From positions 7,626,001 through 7,690,000 of the forward strand of contig OX597829.1 of the NCBI GenBank assembly GCA_951406725.2: a stretch of DNA of 64,000 bases. The letters are read 5' to 3'. The translations under genes and the position numbers were made by a program. This DNA is from Octopus vulgaris (Eukaryota). Under the pieces are notes generated by a model. That model ran no database searches. It was not told where the DNA came from and saw only the letters and a list, made by a program, of their open reading frames with translations. Shown in pieces: positions 52,515 to 63,945 of the stretch (the first letter of the stretch is position 1; each line of letters opens with the position of its first letter).

Positions 52515-53360
52515 TCATCACCATCATTGTTTAACGTCCACTTTCTATGCTGGCATGGGTTGGACGGTTCGACCGGGTTCTGGGAAGCCAGGAGGCTGCA
52601 CCAGGCTCCAGTCTGAACAGGCAAAGTTCTACAGCTGGATGCCCTTCTTAACCAAGAGTATAGTGGGTGCTTATTACATGCCACCGGCATGGGAGCCAGG
52701 CAGGAGACGCTGGCATCGACCAGGCTTGAATGGTGCTTTTTGCTTACCACTGACATAGGAACCAATCAAGCAGCACTGGCTCTGACCACACTCATATGAT
52801 GCTTTTCACATGCCACCGGCACAAAAGCCAGTCCGGTGGCTTTGGTATCAATCACACTTGAATGAGGCTTCTTACATGCCACCAGCACAGGTGCCAGTCA
52901 GGAGGTACTGGCATCGGCCATGCCAACAATTTCACTCAACTCAACACGTCTTCTCAAGCACAACATATTGCCCACACTTGACTCTCAGCCTTTGTTATGA
53001 CCAACATTTTTAAAAATTCAATTCTCCAAACATGCTCAGCTAGCCAGATCTTCTCCATAGTTGGGTTCTCTCCAGAATTGCACATCTCCAACAGGCATGA
53101 TCCTTTGTCATCTCCCTCGTGAGATACAACATTTTCAGATCAGTCTTCACAACTCTAAAACTTTCTTGGTTGTCCTCTCTCACAGATTCCATTCACTTTG
53201 GTTGTAAAATGTTTCTTTACAAAACTCTCATTGTCCATAAGTGTCATATACCAATACAACTGAATGCTTTTCTTCTGTTTGTTACATGTGGTTGTCTTTT
53301 TTTTTTTATCAAGTTTTTCAGTAATACTCTACCACTAATATGTTGTGCACACTAACATTA
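52515..53360 (-). mobile_element. RTE-type 3' region: UTR with four 66-bp units, then a decayed ORF end
   Basis: Same terminal motif as 51630; CCAC anchors at 52681, 52747, 52813 and 52879; 53040-53360 resembles the reverse complement of 41830-42120. Confidence 0.7.
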
Positions 53361-53708
53361 CAGATACACAAACACACACACTGAACACTGTTTCTATACT
53401 GATAATGAATGAATTTTTATCATGCTTGCCAGCTATTTGTGACACCAGAAATTTGTAAAGTACTCATTCTGTATTTCAGCAGAAGCTGAATCCGTCCAAG
53501 CATGCAGTTGCCAATGGATACTTGCTGTTGATGACACTCAAAGAAGCTGAAATCTGGGTTTAGAAACTCCACTGCTGTTGCAGCTGGTTGCTTTCCACCA
53601 GCTCCTCATATGCTTCTACTCTTTTTTAGCACTATACATTTATACAAGATGCTTTCCCAAACCCTTGTTAAATAACATATACGGAATGCTATATATATAT
53701 ATATATAT

Positions 53709-53859
53709 GCATTAGGAAGGGCATCCAGCCATAGAAACATTGCCAGATGAAACTGGGCCTGGTGCAGCCTTCTGGCTTCCCAGACCCCAGTTGAACCATC
53801 CAACCCATGCTAGCATGGAAAGCGGACGCTAAACGATGATGATGATGATGATGATGATG
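53709..53859 (+). mobile_element. (GAT)n-tailed retroelement 3' end
   Basis: Close inverted copy of 51630-51777. Confidence 0.85.
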
Positions 53860-53979
53860 CATCACAAAAGTGACAAAGGGCACTAATTAAGCACCAATAT
53901 TGTTAGAAATAAGAGTCAAAACAACTCATATTCACAGAATACTGGTGCTGATTTAGTACCTTTTGTCACTTTAGTGATG
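53860..53979. mobile_element. 120-bp hairpin MITE
   Basis: CATCACAAAAGTGACAAAGGGCACTAATTAAGCACCAATATT versus AATACTGGTGCTGATTTAGTACCTTTTGTCACTTTAGTGATG (~42-bp imperfect inverted repeat). Confidence 0.7.
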
Positions 53980-55883
53980 TATACATTTCTGCCTTTCGGT
54001 TGTGAAATTGTGAATTAGCCACCCACACTATATGTAACTTAGAATTCAAGTTTAAATTTGAATTTAAACTTTGCTTGTTGGGTATGTCTCCAGTAATATG
54101 CTGACAAAGCACTTTCACTGCCCATGACTACCTGGCACCAACCACAGTAATTGCACAATCCTCACTGGATCTATGTTAGGAATTCCTCACTGCATGTTGT
54201 TTTTACTATATATTTGTATATATGTATGTTGGCTTTTTATCAATTTCTATCTAGAAAATCCCAACTTTGGTTTGCCTAAGATCATAGTGGAAAACACTTG
54301 CTGTAGGTGCTTGGAAGTTAGACTGAGCCAGACGTAAGTGCAAATATATGACACACCAATACATATTAAGTGTAAATATGTGTATATATATATACACACA
54401 CGCATACACAGTAATTAAAGAAATATGAAAATGCCATCCAACTGGCAGCCATGTAGTTCGCCAGATTTCTTAGATACATATATAGAAATTTAGACCAAAA
54501 ATACATCTAAGAAAATATCATTCTATTTCTATTATTTAGTAATGTCGTAGAAATACCAGTATAAAAACTAAACTACAATGATTATACTTATTCTACAAGC
54601 AGTGTATCAAGAAACTTGACAATCGAGGCCCAGCATCTTTTAGGATTCTTACTTCCTTTTGTAGCTAACTCAACTCAAACTGTACAATGAAAGCAGTTCT
54701 ATCTACAGCTGCTTTAGGTTTCCACCTTCCCCTCTTCATGCATACTGGGGATACAAGGGCAGCCCATCTACAAAACTGACTACTACACAATAGAGGGTAT
54801 ACTTAAGTTCTTGCCAAAGATAAAAATACAAACATACAGACATATGTATGAGTGTGTGTGTGTGTAGGCATGTATGAATAGATACATACATAATTATTTC
54901 AGCATGTGGGCAGCATGTAAGAACATCAGTAAATCCAGATATATAACACACTGTATCTGACACTGGGCTCTTTCCTGATTCTATGCTAACACAATTACCA
55001 GGTCAAAATATTATACATACTAACATGTACGTATGTGTGTGTGTATTATACACACATATACTTATGTACAGGCAATGAGCTTCCACATGTTTTGTATCTC
55101 CCACAATACACTTAGGATTGGTCAACAAGAGAATAAAATTGAGGGCACTTTCTTAAGGTGCCATGCAGTGGATTGGAACCTTTCACCCACATGAGTAAGC
55201 CACTAGGGTAATAAAAAAAAAAACAACACAAAACAGCATGCTGATTTTATAACTGCTGCTTCTTTCAGATTAGCAATCTTTTCAGTGAATGGCACTGAGT
55301 GAAACCAACAGTAATAATATTAGCACACAGAAAATCCAGTTATAGCAAGCACATAGCTGATAAAAAGTACACATTCTCTACCAACAATCTAATTAGAGAT
55401 TATGTGTGACATATGACAAGAACAACAAAATATATTTTATTCATCATTGTTATCACTATGATTATTATTATTATTATTATTAATATTATTATTATTATTA
55501 TTATTATTACTATTGTTCATGTGATTATTCTATTAATATTATACCTGCACTCAAATTACATCCAAGCATCCATCACAAATAGATGCAGATTCTTTTTTAA
55601 TCCTCTATTTTTATTTATATATTTTGAACATTTTCTTTCAAACACTCATGCATTGAAGTCAACATGAGTAACCACCACCACCATCATCATCATCATTATT
55701 ATTATTACTACTACTAATTTCTTTCTTTTATTAGTATTTTTGTTTTAAAGAGTTGTAACTTCAAAGAGTGAAAAGATAAAGAATTAGAAGATATTAAAAT
55801 GAAATATTTAAATTAATATCAACTCTAATCATACTTCCTCTACCCAGCAACCACAAACATACACACAAAAACAAGACAACAAC

Positions 55884-55918
<35 letters not shown>

Positions 55919-55967
55919 TAATAATAATAATGATAATAATGATAATGATGATGATAATAATAATAAA

Positions 55968-56185
55968 TGGTTTAAAATTTTGGTGTATGTGCTGCAATTT
56001 TTTTGTTGGGGAAGGGGTTAGTTCATTACCCCGATCCCAGTGTTCAACTGGTAGGTATTTTACTGACCCTGAAAGGATGAAATGCAAAGTCAACTTCAGT
56101 AGAATTTGAACTCAGAACATAAGTCAAAAGAAATGCTGCTAAGCATTTTGTCCGATGTGCTAATGATTCTGCCAGCTCACAACTT
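55968..56185 (-). mobile_element. SINE (family of 40490-40702) between (AAT)n tracts
   Basis: gaccctgaaaggatgaaatgcaaagtcaac...gaatttgaactcagaac...ctgccagctcac. Confidence 0.85.
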
Positions 56186-56196
56186 CAATAATAATG

Positions 56197-56232
<36 letters not shown>

Positions 56233-56956
56233 GTGACAATGAATGTGGACATTGACAATAGTGATAATGATGGTGATGATGATAATGCATGAGAGCAGAG
56301 AGAGAAAAAGTATTTTCACATGACAATGGATGAAACAGCTACCATATCCACTAGACCTAAAACAATGTTAGAGATATCTAAGAAAAAATAAATAAATAAA
56401 GAGACCTGAAAAGTAAAATCACACACAAATGTAAAGATGAGCCCCTCCACCATCTCCACCATCACACAAAAAAACTCCCAGAAGGTAATATTTTTTACAG
56501 CTACTGCCTAGCACACATTACATGCTTTCAACAGTAGCAGAAAGTTCTTTTTTTTTTTGATTTTTGATTTCTTTCAGGCTATGCATACTCAGAAATAAAT
56601 AGATTCACAGTGGAAAAAGGGTGAGTTTTGGGAGAGAGGGAGAGACAAAGGAAGGGGAGGAACCAAGGTGAATGTCACGGCAGCAACACCAAAAAGAATT
56701 TTATTTTATGGGGTTTGGTTTTTTTAAAAAAATATACATATATATATTTTTTAAATCTCTTCTTTTTTAACAGGAAGTATTAAAAACACAGGAATGGTAC
56801 CACTGGCAACAGAGATAATTTTCTTCAATATTAAGCAATAATGCACATTTCACAACTACTACTACTATACATTGTCTTCTGTATCAGATGTTTCAAGTGT
56901 GCAGGAAGAAATGGATGAACAGCACTAAAGATGTATGTGTGTGTAAGGTAGATGGT

Positions 56957-57034
<78 letters not shown>

Positions 57035-57100
57035 GGGAGTATAGCTCCAAACTTACAGGGAAAAATTCGATTTAGTATTAAATCAAATTTCACAGTATAA

Positions 57101-57232
57101 ATATATAAAATATGAATTAGAGATAAAACCACTATTTATATTTATATTATTTGTTATTTATGTATTGGTTTATGTCTATCACCGTTTGAGTTGCATAACA
57201 GTGGTTTTATCTCTAATTCATATTTTATATAT
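57101..57232. repeat. 33-bp perfect inverted repeat (probable Penelope-like inverted terminus)
   Basis: ATATATAAAATATGAATTAGAGATAAAACCACT (57101-57133) and its reverse complement (57200-57232), set in (TA)n. Confidence 0.8.
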
Positions 57233-57276
57233 ATATATGTGTATATAAAATATATATATATATATATATATATATA

Positions 57277-57454
57277 CTTTACTTAAAGCAGCAGAAAATT
57301 CAACAAAACCTGTTACTCTGAGTTAACGGGAATGTGAAACTCAGAGTAACAGGTTTTGTTGAATTTTCTGCTGCTTTAAATAAAGCAAATTACTCTACCA
57401 CTGGTATTTGAGTACTCTTTTTTCCACCTTGTTTCACATTTATGTGTTTACTCC

Positions 57455-57457
<3 letters not shown>
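57277..57457. repeat. 42-bp perfect hairpin plus tail (probable Penelope-like inverted terminus)
   Basis: 57283-57324 and 57338-57379 are exact reverse complements with a 13-nt loop; flanked by (TA)n on both sides. Confidence 0.85.
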
Positions 57458-57498
<41 letters not shown>

Positions 57499-57504
57499 TA
57501 TATA

Positions 57505-57870
57505 TAATGTATATATGTATGTATGTTATTCAGTTTTATTTCAAGATTTCTTGTCAACAGAAAAAGAACTGGTTTCTAACCTAGATCCAAGACTCCTTCA
57601 CTGGAATTTCAACATCAACAACAGGGTATTTTTGTTTGTATGTATGTATATATGCAGATTTGTATGTCTTGCTTTATGTATGTATTCTCATGCATATACT
57701 TGCATAACTAGTTATGCTCATATATATTTAAATGATACACTTCTGGAAAGTTTTACAGATTTTTACAGTTCCAGTGATAGATTGGATCTGTAGTCTTTGA
57801 ATTAGCTTTCTCCTTTCTGGTTTTGAGAAGCCTAATTTCCCAAGATTGGTATTTAGGCAGTGTGTTACAT
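57505..57870 (-). mobile_element. 3' end of a non-LTR retrotransposon (probably RLE-type)
   Basis: YVTHCLNTNLGKLGFSKPERRKLIQRLQIQSITGTVKICKTF resembles RLE-element C-termini; UTR with (TACA)n. Confidence 0.55.
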
Positions 57871-58841
57871 ACATACTTATGTATATTTGTATGTGTGTGT
57901 GTGTATACACACAAACACAGTTTTATTTCATGTTTGTACAACCAAGTCACCTTTGTTACATCATGTGGCTATGATGTAAGAATACATGTGAATCCATTTA
58001 TATAACACCCTGGACACAGCATTTTCACAATTGTAAACTAACATGATTACCAGATCACAATACTTTTCTCATTCACACACAAGATCTAGGCACCTTTAAA
58101 CAGCAAACAAATTTTGCCCCATTAAAATTTGAGACCATTCACTTATAAAGTCCTTAAAAAGTAATATAGAAAGAATGGTTTAAACTTTAAGAACGAAATG
58201 GTAATTTTAATATAAATTACATACCTATTAATTAATAAAATAACTGACTCATCTTTTGCTTGAGATAGATATGTGACATAGCTCTTATGTTTATAAGTCA
58301 CACCTTATACTTAAATATTTCCCACCTCCAATATGCATATGTGGTGGCAGAGAGAATGTAAAATTCACATTATTCAAGGTCACATCTACAGAAATTCATC
58401 AATTTTGGATGAATGACATCGGTTCATTTCTTAGATTGTGTTTAAACAGAAACCATTACTGTGTCATGGCAGAGTCACTGTCATTTCTTTGAAACTTTGC
58501 ATACTGTTTCATTTACTTTTACCTTATTTCCTAACTTCATTGGTATCAATTGTATACCTACAACAAATTTTGTAACAGTGGAATCTAAAGTATGAGTAAA
58601 CATGTCGTAAATGTACGATGAATGATTTTGAAACTCAATAAAGTGCATTATTCTCTTACAAAATATAAGTGAACATAGTGAAATAGGTATGGATTTAGTG
58701 TTATCGTTTCCTTTGTCGTTAGTGATAACTAAAACTTAATACTGTAGTTGAAATAGAAGCTGTTTTACCAGATAGTCGTTGTGTTGTAAAGGAAACTAGT
58801 GTCGATAAGTTATGCTGATACAGAAGACAATAAAATCAAAT

Positions 58842-58847
58842 CTAAAC
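58842..58847 (-). CDS. Candidate start of an alternative last exon (V-stop) after exon 63865-63945
   Basis: ttctttttcatattattgtttttgcag|GTT TAG, followed by ~900 nt free of TEs and microsatellites (possible 3' UTR). Confidence 0.4.
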   Translation of the reverse strand, partial: V

Positions 58848-59045
58848 CTGCAAAAACAATAATATGAAAAAGAAAAAAAAGGTAAAGAACAAACAAATAC
58901 AGTGTATGCTCAAAAGCAATCATTAAAATCAAGCTGTGTGACCAATTTTGCATAATACACCTATCATTTGCACAACAATAAATTTTGCAATTTTCATTCT
59001 GTACTTCAAAGTAACAACAATAATAATCCATACAGCATACAATAA

Positions 59046-59069
59046 TCATAGCATAAGTATAAACTCAGC
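59046..59069 (-). CDS. Candidate alternative terminal or stop-containing exon (AEFILML*)
   Basis: catttttcttctctctctccag|GCT GAG TTT ATA CTT ATG CTA TGA; possible donor gtatgc after 59041. Confidence 0.3.
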   Translation of the reverse strand, partial: AEFILML

Positions 59070-59212
59070 CTGGAGAGAGAGAAGAAAAATGATAAAAATT
59101 CTACCAAGATATGTTTTAAGATTATATAAATTATAATAACAAATGTAAAAACATGATATTTTTTCAGATAGGATCAACTCTAAGTTATGTTATTACATCA
59201 TAATGATACTCA

Positions 59213-59575
59213 TTTACTTGTTTCAGTCATTTGACTGTGGCCATGCTGGAGCACCGCCTTTACTTGAGCAAATCTCAGGACTTATTCTTTGTAAGTTTAG
59301 TACTTATTCTATCGGTCTCTTTTGCTGAACCGCTAAGTTACAGGGATGTAAACACACCAGCATCGGTTGTCAAATACAAACATGCAATCTTATACACGAA
59401 CACACATACACACACGACGGGCTTCTTTCAGTTTCCGTCAACTAAATCCACTCACAAGGATTTGGTAAACCCGAGGCTATAGTAGAAGACACTTGCCCAA
59501 GGTGGCACGCAGTGGGACTGAACCCAGAACCATGTGGTTGGTAAGCAAGCTACTTACCACACAGCCACTCCTGCG
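59213..59575 (-). mobile_element. tRNA-derived SINE (CORE-like CCTTGGGCAAGTG segment)
   Basis: Minus strand starts CGCAGGAGTGGCTGTGTGGTAAG...GGTTCAGTCCC; multiple homologs in the window. Confidence 0.88.
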
Positions 59576-59607
59576 ATAAATAAATAAAACTACAGAAAAC
59601 AACAACT

Positions 59608-59820
59608 GATTTCTTTACTACCCACAAGGGGCTAAACATAGAGGTGACAAACAAGGACAGACAAAGGAATTAAGTCGATTACATTGACCCCAGTGTGTAA
59701 CTGGTACTTAATTTATCAACCCCGAAAGGATGTAAGGCAAAGTCGACCTCGGCGGAATTTGAACTCAGAACGTAGCGGCAAACCTCTAAGCATTTCGCCT
59801 GACATGCTAATGTTTCTGCC
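59608..59820 (-). mobile_element. SINE (family of 40490-40702) with ~19-bp near-perfect TSD
   Basis: actacagaaaacaacaact (59589-59607) / actacagaaaaataacaact (59821-59840). Confidence 0.88.
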
Positions 59821-61819
59821 ACTACAGAAAAATAACAACTAATGTGTTGTACTGCATATTTTCCTCCCTAATTTACTAAGTTGTCTTAGGTTGGTAGTTT
59901 TTGCCAATTCAGCTGTCTTCATAACTTTATTACAGTTCAATGCTAAGGATGCGCAATAAAAATAATGTAAAAATCTGTCCTCATCTAATTTTGCCAGACA
60001 ATATGAGTGTACCACCAAAACTATTGATCACTTCTTAATTCTGTCAAGTGAGTAGAGTAAGCTATAGTGAAGAGGTTTAATAAGACTGAAATATATTGGT
60101 TGTTTTCAACAGCTGGCTTCAAAAGTAAGAACTACCATTTGCATGATCTTTATTTTCCAAACTCTTCATGTGACTGATATTTTTGGAATTATCTTCCTTA
60201 CCAGAGGTTTTTGAATTTTGCTCTCCACAAGGAGATTCACTATGCTGATTGCATAATCAGTTTTCAGCGAGACCCCAGTTAGTTTTTAATTGTCAGAGCA
60301 AATCAGTTGAGAAGAATTTATTTACTTCTCGTAACTTACATTTATTCCTTAACTTAGTTTAATTATTCGTCTGTAGCCATGCTGAAGACCACTCGGAATG
60401 GCATTAGTCAATCATATTGACCCACGGAATTACTTTTCAGTCTATTCCTTACCACATGGAGTGTGCATTTCAATGTTTGCCTCCTCTTTAAAATATGGGG
60501 CTCTGTGTTTATATTGTGCAAAGTTCAATAAGTACTTGGCCTAAAGATATGTGCTGATTCGAAAATGACTGAATGAAACCCATCAAGGTTCTTCATGATT
60601 TCCTTCTCATTTATTTTCTCATGGACCAACATCCTGGTTTCTAAATATATTTGACAACATGCACTGAACCAGAGAAGTTGCATTGAAATACATGGCATGT
60701 TATTGTATCACTGCCAAATTATTGTATCACTAGAGCATGAAACTATTAGCAGTTCTTTTGTAAATAGTAAATATATACACACACACACATGCGCGCGCAC
60801 ACACACACACACGTGCGCACACACACATACATTTATTTATTTATTTATTTTAAAGAAGGTTATTGTGTAAGACCAGAACAATACAAGATGGTATAAAGTA
60901 AACAAAAAGTCCTGAAGAAAGGGTCTTCGCCCCAAAATACAGGAACACAAAGTAAAACTACTATTTAGTTCTGTTTTCTTTTCCTTTTGTAATTTACTTT
61001 GTACCTTCTTGCATTGTTCCAGCCTTTCACAACAACCTTTTCTAAAGTCATATCTCACAACGCTTGAGTAAAACCACCTCATGTTGTGTGTGTGTGTTTG
61101 TGTGTGCGTGTGTGTATCTGAAGGGCTTCTGCTAGGTGTAACTAATTTCAATTAAAAGTACTAACCAGACAAAACATGAAATTAAATGGCCCCAAATTAA
61201 ATTCACCAGCATAATCACGCCTGCACCTATAAACTTGCAACATTTCATTTCTTTCACACTTGTGAAAAACAAAATGAATTTTTTTTAAAAATGTGTTTGC
61301 AGTAGAAAATATATTTTGCAGTCATGCAGTTCTAAAAGTATTTAACAGGCAGAATTGTCTGCAAAATGGCATAATTGAATTCATATGGTTTCCAACACAG
61401 GCACAAGAGCAAACATTTTCTGGGGTGGTTGGAGTTACAAATATTTATCATAACCACATTACCCGAACAATAAAACTCCAGAACAAAACAGTCAACCATA
61501 GTAGGATTTGAAACTGCTAATAATAGTAATTATAAATGGAGATGGAGGAAAATAATTTCTACCATAAGCATAAGGCCTCAAATTTGAAGAAAGGGTAAAG
61601 TCAAGTGAATCAAAAAAAATTTTATGCCAACACACACACACGCTTAAAAGTTTTATTAACTTTGTAAATTCAACAAAATGCAATCTGCTGAACCCAATAG
61701 AATATCTTCACACTTAATACTAACCTTTCAGTTAGTATTAAGAGTGAAAGTATTTTATTTTAAATGGCCTGGTCCCTGAAGCACAGATACCCCTACGATT
61801 TATGGCTCTCTCTCTCCCA

Positions 61820-62166
61820 TATATTCATATATACACAATTATCTGCATAATATATATATATATATATAGACATACATACATACATATATACATACACAGA
61901 TACACAGACATATATACATACACACAGATATATATAGAATATACAAATATATATATATATATATATACATACAAATTTATACACACATATTTATCATACA
62001 AATAAATACACATAAACACACATCTACACACACACGTATGCGTATATATTCTCTTACTAATTTTAGCTATGAGACTGAGAGTATGCTGGGCCACCATCTT
62101 CAAATGATTTCATATAATATATAGACGTATGTATATTGCATGTGTATGTGTGTATATGTATGTGCG

Positions 62167-62200
<34 letters not shown>

Positions 62201-62390
62201 TATATATATACACATATATATATATATATATATAACACACACACATATATATATATACACACACATATATATACACACACACACACACACACATACACAC
62301 ACACACATATATGATTGATTGATTGATTCTAGTTTCAGCTCATATATATATAAACACACACATACATATGCATACATACACACACTTTGC
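61820..62390. repeat. Microsatellite field (TA/CA/TACA)
   Basis: Directly visible. Confidence 0.9.
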
Positions 62391-62536
62391 ATGTATCACA
62401 TAGCTTTGCATGTATGTCATGACTTTTAATTACAATTCATTATATTATTGTAATTAAACATAAATTCAATGCTTTACGCAAAAGTTGTATCACTATTATT
62501 TATTTATATTTACACAGTATCTATCTATCTATCTAT

Positions 62537-62594
<58 letters not shown>

Positions 62595-62596
62595 GT

Positions 62597-62790
62597 GGAG
62601 GCGCAATGGCCCAGTGGTTAGGGCAGCGGACTCGCGGTCGCAGGATCGCGGTTTCGATTCCCAGACCGGGCATTGTGATCCCTGCTGTACTCTTTCACCA
62701 CTCTTTCTTCTGTTGGCCTGCTCGCTTAGCCAGCGGGGTGGCGTCATTCGAAGGCTAAAACAATGCAAACGCATTGTGACAATGTTAATT
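62597..62790 (+). mobile_element. tRNA-derived SINE, CpG-rich (young) head
   Basis: GGAGGCGCAATGGCCCAGTGGTTAGGGCAGCGGACTCGCGGTCGCAGGATCGCGGTTTCGATTCCCAGACC with A and B boxes; homologs at 17690-18045 and 4290-4580. Confidence 0.85.
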
Positions 62791-63127
62791 TTATGGAGAG
62801 AATGACGTAATGTACAGCACAAGCATTGATCACTATGAATAAATCACCTGTGCAGGTCATTCACCAAAACCAAACAGCCACAAATTGTCTCCAGTGGAAC
62901 ATTCCATTGTATATGTATAAATGCATTATATATATATATATACTTGAGTGAGTGGAGAAGTGTATGGATCAAAACTAGTAACTGTTGTCGCTTGCATGAC
63001 TTCTCTCAACCAATCGCAAGCCACCTTATGGTAATACTTTCTCTCATTCAAATTCAAAATGGCTGGAGATTAGCATCACACTTGAAACTTGGAGTACCAA
63101 TGAATTTGAATCAAACTGTTTTCATCC

Positions 63128-63175
<48 letters not shown>

Positions 63176-63276
63176 TACAAAATTAGAAAATGGAGAAAAC
63201 ATACTTAAATCAATCAAACATCAACCATCAGATGATACCCAATCAATACTTTATTACACCATTACATAACAGTAAA

Positions 63277-63328
<52 letters not shown>

Positions 63329-63514
63329 CAGAGCAACTTTTGAGGCTAGTCTGATAAAGTGCTACTCTAACATACTCATTTGAAAATATTAATACTACAT
63401 AACTTTTAACATGGAATTATTTATATGAAATGGTGTTAAAAATGGAGTGGTGTTGAAACAATTGTAATTGACAATAAATAGTAATAAAGATGTGCTAAAT
63501 CTTTCCCGCATGTA

Positions 63515-63545
<31 letters not shown>

Positions 63546-63591
63546 CATCATCCTCATTGCTTAATGTCCATTTTCCATGCTAGCATGGGTT

Positions 63592-63632
<41 letters not shown>

Positions 63633-63864
63633 TACACATATATATATACATATATATATATGTATATTTAAAAATAAATAATTAACGCCATTTCTAAATA
63701 CATTACTTTTCTTCTTCAATAAGGCTGAGTTTATTTTATCTTCCAAAGAGGCGGGGATGATAATCATAAGAAAACAAGAGAAAATTTAAAAGAAAAAAAA
63801 ATAACTAAAATCAAATCATTTCAAAACAAAACATAACCCCAAAAAAATAAAACACCTGACATAC

Positions 63865-63945
63865 ACTGAGCAGTAACTTTAGGGTCTTTTCTGGTCGTGG
63901 AATAAACTTTTGCTCAGAACGGGGCAAAGCGAAGAAAGATTCCAA
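63865..63945 (-). CDS. Internal coding exon (81 nt, phase 0-0) of an unidentified gene: LESFFALPRSEQKFIPRPEKTLKLLLS
   Basis: Long T-rich tract ...tattattgtaatttcag|TTGGAA...CTCAGT|gtatgt. Only frame 0 is open, and the boundaries are homologous to exon 27567-27692. Confidence 0.82.

Noticed and set aside
52670-52925. CRISPR-like periodicity of 66 bp
   Set aside because: Eukaryotic context, no cas genes, the units are homologous along their length, and they sit in a retroelement UTR.
54746-54767. Minus-strand 22-nt microexon candidate
   Set aside because: Not a multiple of 3, short pyrimidine tract and weaker donor.
56888-56932. Plus-strand 45-nt exon-like segment (tgtatcag|ATG...GAT|gtatgt)
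   Set aside because: No other plus-strand exons support it, the donor merges into a TG microsatellite, and the acceptor is better explained as the 17-nt pairing arm.
62597-62670. tRNA gene
   Set aside because: A and B boxes are present but there is no convincing acceptor stem; it continues into a SINE body with homologs elsewhere in the window.
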